The notes under the pieces were generated by a model, which saw nothing but the letters and a program-made list of their open reading frames with translations, was not told the DNA's origin and did not search any database. Below are positions 36,730-46,920 of a stretch of DNA of 56,290 nucleotides, piece by piece. The position numbers and the translations under genes were made by a program. Origin of the DNA: Gammaproteobacteria bacterium (GTDB lineage: Bacteria; Pseudomonadota; Gammaproteobacteria; QZLD01); assembly GCA_004796385.1 (NCBI GenBank), contig QZLD01000267.1, positions 1 to 56,290 of the forward strand, read 5' to 3'. Every line of letters starts with the position of its first letter. Positions within the stretch are counted from its first letter, which is position 1.

Positions 36730-37887
36730 ATGGCAGAGAATGAAGACGGTCAGGAACAGAGTGAACAGCCCACGGAGAAACGCAAACGTGACTCCAAAGA
36801 GAAAGGGCAGGTTCCGCGGTCGAAGGATCTGACCACAGCGCTGCTGCTTATGGCGAGCGTATTAGCACTGTACCTGTTTGGCAACTATATGGCGCAAGGG
36901 TTAATAGAGCTGTTTCACTACGCATTCAAAATAAATCGCGAAGTGATATTTGACGATAAAAGTCCGGTTATATATATGCAAACCTCATTAATAAAAGGAC
37001 TGTTATTGGTTGCACCAATGGCTATTATGCTGTTTATAGTAGCCATAGTCGCTCCGGCACTTTTGGGGGGGTGGACATTCAGTGCCGAGGCGTTAACTCC
37101 AAAGCTGGAAAAACTCAGTCCTCTTTCCGGTTTAAAAAGAATGTTTGGTTTAAATGCTGTGATTGAGCTTATAAAAAGCATAATCAAGGTAGTTGTTGTT
37201 GGGTTGGTATCGTTGTGGGTTTTCTTCTTTTTTAAGGATGATTTTTTACAGCTAACCAACGAGCCTTTAAAAATGGCTATAGGTCATTCTATCAGTATTT
37301 TCTTTTGGGCGTTTTTTATGTTTTCTGCCTCGCTATTGCTGATTGTCGCAGTAGATGTGCCGTATCAGCTCTATCAGCATAATAAAAAACTGAAGATGAC
37401 CAAGCAGGAGGTTAAAGAGGAGTATAAACAGACTGAAGGAAAACCGGAGGTTAAAGGCAGGATCAGACAGCTGCAAAGGCAGATGGCAAATGCCCGTATG
37501 ATGCAGGATGTGCCTGATGCCGATGTAGTAGTAACAAACCCGACACATTACTCTATTGCACTGAAGTACGATCAACTGAATATGAAAGCGCCACTGGTAG
37601 TAGCCAGAGGAACAGATCTGGTTGCGGCAAAAATAAGGGAGATAGCCATAGAGAATGAGGTGCCATTGTACGAAGCGCCGCCGTTGGCACGGGCTTTGTA
37701 TTATACAACAGATATAGGGGATGAAGTCCCCTCCGGACTGTATGTCGCAGTAGCCAAAGTATTGGCATACATCTTCCAGCTAAAGAATATGAAACAGAGC
37801 GAAAAAGAGCAGTTTACAAAGCCGGAAGTGGATATTCCAGAAGAATATCAGAGATATACGGAGATGGGTAAGAGGTCTGATGAATAG
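36730..37887 (+). CDS. flhB: Flagellar export switch protein FlhB
   Basis: 385 aa with N-terminal EKTEKPT-like PTEKRKRDSKEKGQVPRS and the NPTH autocleavage site (VVVTNPTHYSIAL). Confidence 0.93.
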   Translation: MAENEDGQEQSEQPTEKRKRDSKEKGQVPRSKDLTTALLLMASVLALYLFGNYMAQGLIELFHYAFKINREVIFDDKSPVIYMQTSLIKGLLLVAPMAIMLFIVAIVAPALLGGWTFSAEALTPKLEKLSPLSGLKRMFGLNAVIELIKSIIKVVVVGLVSLWVFFFFKDDFLQLTNEPLKMAIGHSISIFFWAFFMFSASLLLIVAVDVPYQLYQHNKKLKMTKQEVKEEYKQTEGKPEVKGRIRQLQRQMANARMMQDVPDADVVVTNPTHYSIALKYDQLNMKAPLVVARGTDLVAAKIREIAIENEVPLYEAPPLARALYYTTDIGDEVPSGLYVAVAKVLAYIFQLKNMKQSEKEQFTKPEVDIPEEYQRYTEMGKRSDE

Positions 37888-37910
37888 CAGATAACAGTTG
37901 AAGAGAGATT

Positions 37911-40037
37911 ATGGCAGCAGATGCATTGGCACTAAGCAGGAAAGATACAATAGTCAAAGGAATGGCGGCTCCGGTTCTGGTTGTCGCATTATTGGCGATG
38001 GTAATAATACCTTTGCCGCCGCTGATGCTTGATGTCCTGTTTACATTTAATATCGCCCTTTCACTGGTAATACTTCTGGTTACAGTTTATGTGTTAAGAC
38101 CACTTGAATTCAGTGTTTTTCCAACTGTTCTTCTGATCGCGACCCTTTTCAGGTTGGCAATGAATGTTGCTTCAACACGGGTGGTATTGCTTAACGGACA
38201 TACCGGAGCAGGTGCAGCAGGTAACGTTATTGAGGCGTTTGGGCAATTTGTGATCGGTGGCAACTATGCGGTCGGTTTTGTAGTGTTCGCAATTCTTGTG
38301 ATTATCAACTTTGTAGTAGTTACCAAAGGTGCGGGAAGAATCTCCGAAGTTAGCGCAAGGTTCACACTGGATGCCCTTCCGGGTAAACAGATGGCAATCG
38401 ATGCTGACCTTAATGCCGGATTAATTGATCAGGATGAGGCAAAGGCAAGGCGGGTTGATGTAGCGCAAGAGGCGGATTTCTACGGAGCAATGGATGGCGC
38501 CAGCAAGTTTGTGCGAGGCGATGCTGTTGCCGGGATTCTTATTCTGTTTATAAATATATTTGGTGGTATAGCTGTTGGCACTATAGAGCATGGACTCTCG
38601 TTTGTGGATGCCATGAAGTTCTACTCCCTTCTGACTATAGGTGATGGTCTGGTAGCCCAGATTCCGTCTCTGGTAATCTCAACTGCTGCAGCAATGCTGG
38701 TGACTCGTGTCTCCAAGTCTGAAGAGATGGGGAAGCAGGTTATCTCGCAAATGTTTGCAGACCCGAAAGCGCTCTGGATTACCGGAGGTATACTGGGAGG
38801 GATGGGCATTATTCCGGGGATGCCAAACCTTGCTTTTCTGTTTTTGGCTGCAGCCTGTTTTGGCGGTGCTCATTTTCTGGGGATTAAGAAGAAAGAGACA
38901 GATGCTGCAAAAGTAGTCGAGGAAAAACAGAAGCAGGTGCAGGAGCAAAAGCAGGTGCAAGAGGTTTCCAGACCAGAGAATAAAGAGCTCTCATGGGATG
39001 ATGTGCCAGCTGTAGACTTGTTGAGTCTTGAGGTGGGTTATGGCTTGATTCCTTTGGTAGATAAGGCCCAGGGAGGAGAGTTGCTGGAAAGAATAAAAGG
39101 TGTAAGGAAAAAACTATCTCAGGAGCTTGGTTTTTTAATTCAGTCGGTTCATATTCGCGATAACCTTGATCTGAAGCCAAACTTTTACAGAATAAGTGTT
39201 TTGGGTGTGCCTTCAGGAGAGGCGGAGATAGTTCCGGGTAAGGAGTTGGCAATAAATCCGGGAAATGTTCGCGGTCAGATAAACGGTACGCCAACTAAAG
39301 ATCCTGCTTTCGGTCTTGATGCAGTCTGGATTCCGTCCAATCAGCGTGATTATGCTCAGACCATGGGTTATACAGTTGTTGATGCCAGTACAGTAATGGC
39401 GACTCATCTCAGTCAGATAATTCAGGATAATGCTTATCAAATGCTCGGGCATGACGAGGTGCAAAAACTTCTTGAGATGCTGGGTGAAAATTCACCGAAG
39501 CTGGTAGAAGAGCTGGTGCCAAATACATTGCCGCTGAGTGTAATCGTAAAGGTTATGCAGAATCTTCTGGAAGAGAAGATACCTGTCAAAGATATTCGCA
39601 CAATAGTCGAAACTCTGGCGGAGAATGGCAAGCGCAGTCAGGATCCTGTCGCCCTGACAGGAGTAGTCAGAGAGTCTCTAGGCAGATTGATCGTGCAGAA
39701 TATCAACGGCATAAAAGATGAACTACCAGTGATAACCCTTGATCCGCAACTGGAGCAGATCCTGCTTAACTCAGTGAGTGCATCCGGTGGAGCAGGGTTT
39801 GAGCCGGGATTGGCGCAGCGTTTGCATGGATCATTGGAAGATATAGCGCAAAGGCAGGAGATGATGGGCGAAGCAGCAGTGCTCTTGATATCGCCACAGC
39901 TGCGTTCGTGGATGTCACGCATGACAAGGCACAGTATTCCGAATATGCATGTTCTTGCCTATAACGAAATACCAGACAGCAAAAAGGTAAAAGTAATAGC
40001 CACTGTGGGTCAGGATCAGGTAGCACTGGATAGCTAA
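37911..40037 (+). CDS. flhA: Flagellar export gate protein FlhA
   Basis: 708 aa with the FHIPEP region (RISEVSARFTLDALPGKQMAIDADLNAG) and the FlhA cytoplasmic domain. Confidence 0.95.
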   Translation: MAADALALSRKDTIVKGMAAPVLVVALLAMVIIPLPPLMLDVLFTFNIALSLVILLVTVYVLRPLEFSVFPTVLLIATLFRLAMNVASTRVVLLNGHTGAGAAGNVIEAFGQFVIGGNYAVGFVVFAILVIINFVVVTKGAGRISEVSARFTLDALPGKQMAIDADLNAGLIDQDEAKARRVDVAQEADFYGAMDGASKFVRGDAVAGILILFINIFGGIAVGTIEHGLSFVDAMKFYSLLTIGDGLVAQIPSLVISTAAAMLVTRVSKSEEMGKQVISQMFADPKALWITGGILGGMGIIPGMPNLAFLFLAAACFGGAHFLGIKKKETDAAKVVEEKQKQVQEQKQVQEVSRPENKELSWDDVPAVDLLSLEVGYGLIPLVDKAQGGELLERIKGVRKKLSQELGFLIQSVHIRDNLDLKPNFYRISVLGVPSGEAEIVPGKELAINPGNVRGQINGTPTKDPAFGLDAVWIPSNQRDYAQTMGYTVVDASTVMATHLSQIIQDNAYQMLGHDEVQKLLEMLGENSPKLVEELVPNTLPLSVIVKVMQNLLEEKIPVKDIRTIVETLAENGKRSQDPVALTGVVRESLGRLIVQNINGIKDELPVITLDPQLEQILLNSVSASGGAGFEPGLAQRLHGSLEDIAQRQEMMGEAAVLLISPQLRSWMSRMTRHSIPNMHVLAYNEIPDSKKVKVIATVGQDQVALDS

Positions 40038-40079
40038 ACAATATAAACAGAGAACAAGAACAGAGTTAGAGGAATCATC

Positions 40080-41516
40080 ATGAAAATCAAAAGAACATTT
40101 GCAAAAAACATGAAAGAGGCCTTAAGAAAAGTAAGGGAAGAACATGGTGACGATGCGGTAATACTCTCAAATAAAAAGACAGAAAACGGATACGAGGTGA
40201 TTTCTGCAATAGAATATGACGAAGATCTCATAAATACAGCAGCAGACTCTAAGGAACAGACTAATATTGATAGTAAGTCAAAATTTTGGAGAGCGGAAAA
40301 AGCGTCAATGTCCAGGCAGCAGAACTCAAAAATCAGAAAACAGATTTCATCGTTTGAGGATGAAATCTCAGAGGATACTGTCTCTCTTTCCAGTTTAGGC
40401 AGAACTGCAGGTGCTCGCGCTGAAGGTGGTTCTGGAAAAACAGCAGTAACCGACGCAATTACAAAACCACAGGCAGAAGCTGAAGCTCAGTCGCTATTTG
40501 CCGAATCACAGCAAAACAATCGTAAGCAGAATCGCGGTTTTACAAAAATAGAGTGGAGTCAGGACCCGGTGCTGGAAGAGATGCGCTCGGAGATCAGATC
40601 GCTTAGGAGTCTTTTTGAAGATCAGCTCTCAGTGTTGGAGTGGGGTGGTATGTCAAGGCGTAATCCCAACAGAGCCAGTATTCTCAAAAGATTTCATGCA
40701 ATGGGATTAGGTCGGGATATAAGCCGTAAATTGGTAGATGTTATTGCCAATGAGGAATCTCTTGAAGCAGCATGGCGCAGATCAGTAGCCTATCTGTCAA
40801 ACGGAGTAGAGGTAACCAATGACGATATTCTGGAGCAGGGTGGAGTTGTTGCTGTGGTTGGTGCAACTGGGGTAGGTAAAACCACAACTGTTGCCAAGTT
40901 GGCTGCCAGATATTCACTTCGTCACGGTAAAGGGCAGGTGGCACTCGTAACAACAGACTGTTACAGAATCGGGGCGCATGAGCAGCTCCGAAACTTTGGC
41001 AAGATTCTTGGAGTGCCGGTTTATGTTGCATCAGATAAGGATGAGTTGAGAAGCATAATAGAATCGCTTGCTGACAAGCCGCTGGTTCTTATTGATACTG
41101 CCGGAATGAGTCAGCGTGATGTGCGCCTTGCAGAACAGCTAAGTACCCTGAGCATCGGTCGTGAGTATATAAAGACCTATTTGGCAGTATCAGCAAACAC
41201 ACAGTTGCCTACACTTAACGAAACGGTTAAGCAGTTCTCAGCAATAGATCTGAGCGGTTGTATAGTCACAAAGACAGACGAAAGTGCCTCGCTCGGAGCG
41301 ATACTTACAATATTAATTCGCTACGGCTTGCCGCTGGCATATCTTGGAGTAGGTCAGAGGGTTCCTGAAGATCTGCAACTGGCAAGGGGGGATCAGCTTG
41401 TTGAAAAAGCAGTTGAGTTAGCGCAGGAGATAGAAGAAGAGTGTGATGAGGAGGCATTTGCAGTGGCATTTGCAGGTATTGGCAAAAAAAGTGCAAGAGC
41501 TGAAATTAACTACTAA
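40080..41516 (+). CDS. flhF: Flagellar SRP-type GTPase FlhF
   Basis: 478 aa with the N-terminal MKIKRF-type B domain and an NG domain (VVGATGVGKTTTVAKLA, DTAGMSQRD, TKTDE). Confidence 0.92.
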   Translation: MKIKRTFAKNMKEALRKVREEHGDDAVILSNKKTENGYEVISAIEYDEDLINTAADSKEQTNIDSKSKFWRAEKASMSRQQNSKIRKQISSFEDEISEDTVSLSSLGRTAGARAEGGSGKTAVTDAITKPQAEAEAQSLFAESQQNNRKQNRGFTKIEWSQDPVLEEMRSEIRSLRSLFEDQLSVLEWGGMSRRNPNRASILKRFHAMGLGRDISRKLVDVIANEESLEAAWRRSVAYLSNGVEVTNDDILEQGGVVAVVGATGVGKTTTVAKLAARYSLRHGKGQVALVTTDCYRIGAHEQLRNFGKILGVPVYVASDKDELRSIIESLADKPLVLIDTAGMSQRDVRLAEQLSTLSIGREYIKTYLAVSANTQLPTLNETVKQFSAIDLSGCIVTKTDESASLGAILTILIRYGLPLAYLGVGQRVPEDLQLARGDQLVEKAVELAQEIEEECDEEAFAVAFAGIGKKSARAEINY

Positions 41517-41564
41517 ACTTATTGAATAACGGAAAGGCATGAAAATGCCGGATGATGAAGGAAT

Positions 41565-42425
41565 ATGGATCAAGCTGCAGGACTTAGGCGTATGGTTAGC
41601 CCGAAACCGGTAAAAGTAATAGCTGTAACCAGCGGAAAAGGCGGAGTAGGAAAGACAAATCTCTCTGTTAACCTCTCAATATCCCTGTCGAAGATGGGGC
41701 GCGAAGTGATGTTAATGGATGCCGACCTGGGGTTGGCAAATGTAGATGTGTTATTAGGGTTATCGCCAAAACATAATCTCTCTCATGTATTGAGTGGCGA
41801 AAGGACACTGGAGGAGATTGTTGTCGATGCTCCGGGAGGGGTAAAAGTAATTCCGGCATCCTCCGGCACACAACGGATGGCAGAACTTGCGCCTTCTGAG
41901 CATGGAGGTGTTATTCAGGCATTTAGCGAACTTTCCATTCCTCTGGACTACTTGATCATAGATACTGCTGCCGGAATATCAGACAGTGTTGTCAGTTTTT
42001 CCAGAGCCGCAAGAGAGGTGATAGTCGTCGTATGCGATGAGCCCTCATCTATAACCGATGCTTACGCCCTGATAAAAGTCTTAAATAAAGACTATGGTGT
42101 AGAAAAGTTTCAGGTTATCTCCAATATGGTCAGAACCGCAAAAGAGGGGCCGGAGCTTTTTGCAAAGCTATCCAGAGTAACGGAAAAGTTTCTCGATGTG
42201 CCTTTGTCTTATATCGGAGCTGTGAGTTTTGATGAAAATGTCAGAAAAGCAGTGCAGAAGCAAAAACCTATAGTGGAAACATTTCCGGGAACACCTGCCT
42301 CGATATCCATAAAGAGAATCGCAGAGAAGATTGATAAATGGCCACTTCCAAGAGCAGCCGAAGGGCGGCTGGAGTTCTTTGTTGAAAGACTTATTGAATA
42401 TAGTGTTCAGGCCGGAGCATTCTAA
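41565..42425 (+). CDS. flhG: MinD/ParA-type flagellar number regulator FlhG (FleN)
   Basis: 286 aa with the deviant Walker A motif SGKGGVGKTN. It sits between flhF and fliA. Confidence 0.9.
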   Translation: MDQAAGLRRMVSPKPVKVIAVTSGKGGVGKTNLSVNLSISLSKMGREVMLMDADLGLANVDVLLGLSPKHNLSHVLSGERTLEEIVVDAPGGVKVIPASSGTQRMAELAPSEHGGVIQAFSELSIPLDYLIIDTAAGISDSVVSFSRAAREVIVVVCDEPSSITDAYALIKVLNKDYGVEKFQVISNMVRTAKEGPELFAKLSRVTEKFLDVPLSYIGAVSFDENVRKAVQKQKPIVETFPGTPASISIKRIAEKIDKWPLPRAAEGRLEFFVERLIEYSVQAGAF

Positions 42426-43159
42426 TGATAGGCCCTTCTTTTTATACAGAAGTAGAGCATATCAGCAAAGACGATATGATCGTCAATTATGCTCCTTTGG
42501 TAAAAAGAATAGCCTATCATCTGCTTGGCAAGCTTCCTCCTACCGTTGAAATAGATGACCTGATTCAGGCCGGAATGATAGGTCTGCTGGAGGCATCCTC
42601 TCAGTATGATGCCTCGCATGGTGCAAGTTTCAGAACCTATGCCGGAATCAGAATCAGAGGCGCAATTCTTGATGAGGTGAGAAGGTTGGACTGGACACCA
42701 AGGTCAGTTCACAAAAAAGCGCGTGAAGTAGCAGAAAAAATTCATGAACTGGAGAACAGGCAGGGTAGAGATCCTTCAGACGCTGACGTAGTCAAAGAGA
42801 TGGGGATTACCATGGACGAGTATCACCAGATTCTTCAGGACTCTTCTAACGCCAAGGTATTCAGTTTTGACCAGTTTGAAACCCCTTCAGATGAAAACAG
42901 TGACTTTTCAGATGAGCATCTCGAGCCTCTTAAGGTTCTGCATAAAGAGGGTTTTAAAAAGTGTCTGGTGGAGGCAATAAAAAAACTGTGCGAAAGAGAG
43001 CAGTTATTAATGTCGCTTTATTATGATGACGAGCTAAACTTAAAAGAGATAGGCGAGATTCTTGGTGTAAGTGAATCAAGAGCAAGCCAGCTGCATGGCA
43101 AAATAATGCTTAAATTGAGAAAGGTTATGCAGGAATGGTCAAAATTTGAGAATGAATAG
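42425..43159 (+). CDS. fliA: Flagellar sigma factor sigma28 (FliA)
   Basis: 244 aa with sigma70-family regions 2 to 4 (DDLIQAGMIGLLEA, LNLKEIGEILGVSESRASQLH). Its start overlaps the flhG stop. Confidence 0.92.
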   Translation: MIGPSFYTEVEHISKDDMIVNYAPLVKRIAYHLLGKLPPTVEIDDLIQAGMIGLLEASSQYDASHGASFRTYAGIRIRGAILDEVRRLDWTPRSVHKKAREVAEKIHELENRQGRDPSDADVVKEMGITMDEYHQILQDSSNAKVFSFDQFETPSDENSDFSDEHLEPLKVLHKEGFKKCLVEAIKKLCEREQLLMSLYYDDELNLKEIGEILGVSESRASQLHGKIMLKLRKVMQEWSKFENE

Positions 43160-43276
43160 AGCTATTTCACCTATTAAGATTGAAAAACCGGAATTGTCGG
43201 ATAGACTTAAAATGAGATGCGAGATTAGGAATATTCGTAATGTTTGAAGATTACCAAGTCAAGATCGGAGGTTGCC

Positions 43277-43663
43277 TTGGATAAGAATATGCAAATCCTG
43301 ATAGTGGATGATTTTTCCACCATGAGAAGAATAATCAAGAACCTGCTAAGGGATCTTGGGTTTACTAATACCCATGAGGCGGATGATGGTACCTCTGCGC
43401 TGCCGATGTTGCAGAAGGGAGGTTTCGATTTTCTGGTAACAGACTGGAATATGCCGGGAATGACCGGTATAGATTTGCTTAAGGCGGTGAGGTCTGACCC
43501 GGGGCTCTCTTCTCTTCCTGTTCTTATGGTGACAGCCGAGGCAAAGAGAGATCAAATCGTAGAGGCGGCGCAGGCTGGGGTTAATGGTTATATTGTGAAA
43601 CCATTTACTGCAGTAACACTGCAGGAGAAGATAGAAAAGATCTTCGAAAGAATAGATGCCTGA
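43277..43663 (+). CDS. cheY: Chemotaxis response regulator CheY
   Basis: The sequence reads (L/M)[30 protein letters not shown]...DWNMPGMTG...VTAEA...KPF. The TTG at 43277, with GGAG 6 nt upstream, matches the usual MDKNM N-terminus. The ATG at 43289 is an alternative start. Confidence 0.92.
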   Translation: MDKNMQILIVDDFSTMRRIIKNLLRDLGFTNTHEADDGTSALPMLQKGGFDFLVTDWNMPGMTGIDLLKAVRSDPGLSSLPVLMVTAEAKRDQIVEAAQAGVNGYIVKPFTAVTLQEKIEKIFERIDA

Positions 43664-43735
43664 GTATATTTCGAAAGAAAAGAATAGAAGCCTGAGTATA
43701 TTAAAACAAAACTAAGAAATTAATTAGGAAGAGTA

Positions 43736-44506
43736 ATGCTGGAAAAGAATCGGAAACATTATCTTAGTGAGGCGCAGAGGCTTATTCAGTGTATTGAGGA
43801 CGGAGATATAAGCAGTGCAGATCAGATTATTGACAGCATGACCAAATTGAGGGAAAGCGAACTGTTTAAGGAGTTGGGGACTCTCACCAGAGATTTGCAT
43901 GACACCATTAAAAATTTTGGTGTAAGTGATATGGATATCGATCTGAAAGAGCTTACAGAGGTTCAGATACCGGATGCTACAGAGAGAATAAACTACGTTA
44001 TTGAGACAACCGAAAAGGCAGCAAACCGCACACTGGAAGCAGTGGAGCAGGGGCTTCCTTTAGCAATTGATATTTCTGACCGGGCAAATTACTTGCAGGA
44101 TCGTTGGGAAAAGTTCAAAAGCAGAGATTTGACTGTTGATCAGTTCAGAGAGCTGAGTCAGGAGCTTGAATCGTATCTTTTAGATACGGTATCGAATGGA
44201 GAGGCTTTAAGAGAAAAAATGAACGAAGCGCTTATGGCGCAGGAGTTTCAGGATATAACCGGGCAGATACTCAGAAAAGTAATCGAGATGGTGCAGCATG
44301 TAGAAGAGAGTCTGGTATATCTGGTAAAAATGTCTGCAGGAGCAACCGATCTTGAAAGACCGAAAAGGCCGGTATCACTTTCTGCAAAAACTTCTAAAAG
44401 TGATGACGAGCTTGATGGGCCAGTGGTTCCTGGAACCAGTACCGCAAATAATGTAGTAAATGGTCAGGACGAAGTAGATGATTTACTTTCCAGTTTAGGA
44501 TTCTAA
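43736..44506 (+). CDS. cheZ: CheY-P phosphatase CheZ
   Basis: 256 aa with the catalytic region AQEFQDITGQILRKVI and a C-terminal CheY-binding tail (DEVDDLLSSLGF). Confidence 0.9.
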   Translation: MLEKNRKHYLSEAQRLIQCIEDGDISSADQIIDSMTKLRESELFKELGTLTRDLHDTIKNFGVSDMDIDLKELTEVQIPDATERINYVIETTEKAANRTLEAVEQGLPLAIDISDRANYLQDRWEKFKSRDLTVDQFRELSQELESYLLDTVSNGEALREKMNEALMAQEFQDITGQILRKVIEMVQHVEESLVYLVKMSAGATDLERPKRPVSLSAKTSKSDDELDGPVVPGTSTANNVVNGQDEVDDLLSSLGF

Positions 44507-44516
44507 GGATAGTTCT

Positions 44517-46844
44517 ATGGCGATAGATACAGAAGACGAGATTGTTCAGGATTTTCTGGTTGAATCGAGAGAGATTTTAGAAAGTCTTAGTGAGCAGTTG
44601 GTTGGATTAGAGCAGTGTCCGGATGATACTGAGCTTCTTAACGCAGTATTTCGCGGATTTCATACAATTAAAGGCGGAGCCGGATTTCTTAACCTTGAGA
44701 GCCTGGTTGAGGTTTGCCATATAACTGAAGACCTTTTTAACCTGCTAAGGCAGGGTGACCTTAAAGTGACCCCCGTTCTCATGGATGTGGTTTTGCAGGC
44801 ACTTGATGTGGTAAACGATATGTTTGGCACTATTGAAACCGGAGTTATGCCGGATTCAGCCCCAAGGGATCTGATATCCAAGCTGGAGCAGCTAAGGGAT
44901 GGCAAGCAAGAGCTGAGTGATGAGTCTACTTCTGGGGCAGCCTCATCAGGAGATATTACAGACAATGAATTTGAAGAGATGCTGGGTAATCTTGATGCGG
45001 ATACTAATGAATCAGCAGAGGTTGAAAGTACAGGTTCAGATATAAGCGATGATGAATTTGAAAATATTTTATCGCAGGTGAGTTCAGGAGGAGGTGAAAG
45101 TGATTCTCAAGGTTCAGCTGATAATGAACCTGAATTGTTTACCAATGAACCAGAGGTTAAACCGGAACCTGAAAAAGTATCTCAGAGTAGTTCTGGCGGT
45201 GGAGATAAGATAACAGATGATGAATTTGAAAATCTTCTTGATCAGCTGCATGGTAAAGGAAATGGACCTTCAGTAGGTGAGGTTTCTCCCGCACCTCCTT
45301 CAGCTCCAGCTGCCACATCTGTTTCAAAAGAGCCTGAACCTCCTAAGATTGGAGGTGGTGATAAAATTACAGATGATGAATTTGAAAATCTGCTTGATGA
45401 AATGCACGGTAAAGGCGCAGGGCCAACAAGCAAAAAGCAAAAGCCTGTGCCCAAATCACCTATAGAAGAACCTATTATGCAAAAGCCAGCAGAGCCCGCT
45501 GCGTCTGATGTACCGAAAGCAGCATCTTCAAAGCCGAATGCTGCACCTGTTAAAGCAGGGGCAGAGAAGGCAGGTGGAGTAAAGGCTGAGACAACAGTCA
45601 GAGTAGATACAGCAAGGCTTGATGATATTATGAATCTGGTTGGGGAGTTGGTGCTGGTAAGAAACAGGCTGACGACTATCAGAGGCTCATTTGAGGATGA
45701 AAACCTGAATTCTGCTGTATCCGATCTGGAGCTGGTTACCTCTGACCTGCAGGCAGCGGTAATGAAAACCAGAATGCAGCCTATTAAGAAAGTATTTGGC
45801 AGATTTCCCAGAGTGGTTAGAGATTTGGCCAGAAGTCTCAATAAAGAGATTGAGCTTGAACTTAGAGGTGAAGAGACTGATCTGGATAAGAATCTGGTAG
45901 AAGCTCTTGCAGATCCATTAGTGCACCTTGTTAGAAATTCAGTGGATCATGGAATAGAAGCACCCGAAGACAGGCTTATGGCTGGAAAGTCGAGAAACGG
46001 AAAGATCATACTTGGTGCGGAGCAGGAGGGCGATCATATATTGCTAACTATCGCAGATGATGGCGGCGGTATGGATCCTAATATGTTGCGTAAAAAAGTT
46101 ATAGAAAAAGGGCTTATGGACTCAGAGTCTGCAGCCAGGCTGGATGATAAAGACTGCTTTAACCTTATATTTTTACCTGGCTTCTCAACCAAAGCGGAAA
46201 TATCAGATATCTCAGGTCGTGGTGTAGGGATGGATGTGGTAAAAACCAGAATATCCCAGCTGAACGGATCTATTGATATTGACTCAGAACTTGGTGAAGG
46301 AACAACTATTAGCATAAAAGTTCCATTAACACTGGCAATTTTGCCGACTCTAATGGTTACACTTTGCGATAGAAAATTTGCAATTCCCATGTCTGTAGTA
46401 CGGGAGATATTTGAGCTGGATCCGGACAAAACAAATGTTGTAGATGGTCAGCTTGTAGTAATGGTAAGAGACAAAGCAATGCCTATCTTCTTCCTGGAAA
46501 AATGGCTCCTGAATATGCCAGGCGCAGATATTCTTAACAGAAATACTGTTAAGGAAAAAGATGCTTCAGTTCAGAAAGAGCAGGAAGAATCAATGGGACT
46601 ACTTGATGATTTTGAAATGGAAGGTGAAGATGAACGTCAGGTTGTAACAGTTGTTATTGGCAATATGATGGTCGGTTTTGTTGTGGATGAAGTTATTGGT
46701 CTTGAAGAAGTTGTGATTAAGCCTCTGGGCGCGATGCTGCAGGGACTAGCAGGGCTAGCTGGTTCTACTATTACAGGTGATGGACGTATTGCACTGATAG
46801 TTGATATCCCAAGTCTTATAAAAGAATATGGTAATAGTATGTAG
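44517..46844 (+). CDS. cheA: Chemotaxis histidine kinase CheA
   Basis: 775 aa. P1 carries FRGFHTIKGGAGFL, followed by a long low-complexity linker. P3/P4 motifs are HLVRNSVDHGIE, DDGGGMD and GRGVGMDVV. P5 is CheW-like. Confidence 0.93.
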   Translation: MAIDTEDEIVQDFLVESREILESLSEQLVGLEQCPDDTELLNAVFRGFHTIKGGAGFLNLESLVEVCHITEDLFNLLRQGDLKVTPVLMDVVLQALDVVNDMFGTIETGVMPDSAPRDLISKLEQLRDGKQELSDESTSGAASSGDITDNEFEEMLGNLDADTNESAEVESTGSDISDDEFENILSQVSSGGGESDSQGSADNEPELFTNEPEVKPEPEKVSQSSSGGGDKITDDEFENLLDQLHGKGNGPSVGEVSPAPPSAPAATSVSKEPEPPKIGGGDKITDDEFENLLDEMHGKGAGPTSKKQKPVPKSPIEEPIMQKPAEPAASDVPKAASSKPNAAPVKAGAEKAGGVKAETTVRVDTARLDDIMNLVGELVLVRNRLTTIRGSFEDENLNSAVSDLELVTSDLQAAVMKTRMQPIKKVFGRFPRVVRDLARSLNKEIELELRGEETDLDKNLVEALADPLVHLVRNSVDHGIEAPEDRLMAGKSRNGKIILGAEQEGDHILLTIADDGGGMDPNMLRKKVIEKGLMDSESAARLDDKDCFNLIFLPGFSTKAEISDISGRGVGMDVVKTRISQLNGSIDIDSELGEGTTISIKVPLTLAILPTLMVTLCDRKFAIPMSVVREIFELDPDKTNVVDGQLVVMVRDKAMPIFFLEKWLLNMPGADILNRNTVKEKDASVQKEQEESMGLLDDFEMEGEDERQVVTVVIGNMMVGFVVDEVIGLEEVVIKPLGAMLQGLAGLAGSTITGDGRIALIVDIPSLIKEYGNSM

Positions 46845-46920
46845 TTTCTGACTTAAGTGACTATTCAGAATACCCAAATCCACACTCCCATAGTGGTTTA
46901 ATGTGATTAAAGGGGGAAAC

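Noticed and set aside
43175-43205. A possible sigma28 promoter upstream of cheY: TAAG, 17-18 nt, then (G)TCGGATAG.
   Set aside because: Only about 5 of 8 positions match the -10 consensus GCCGATAA, and the spacing is off from the TAAA-N15-GCCGATAA consensus. It is too weak to report as a feature.
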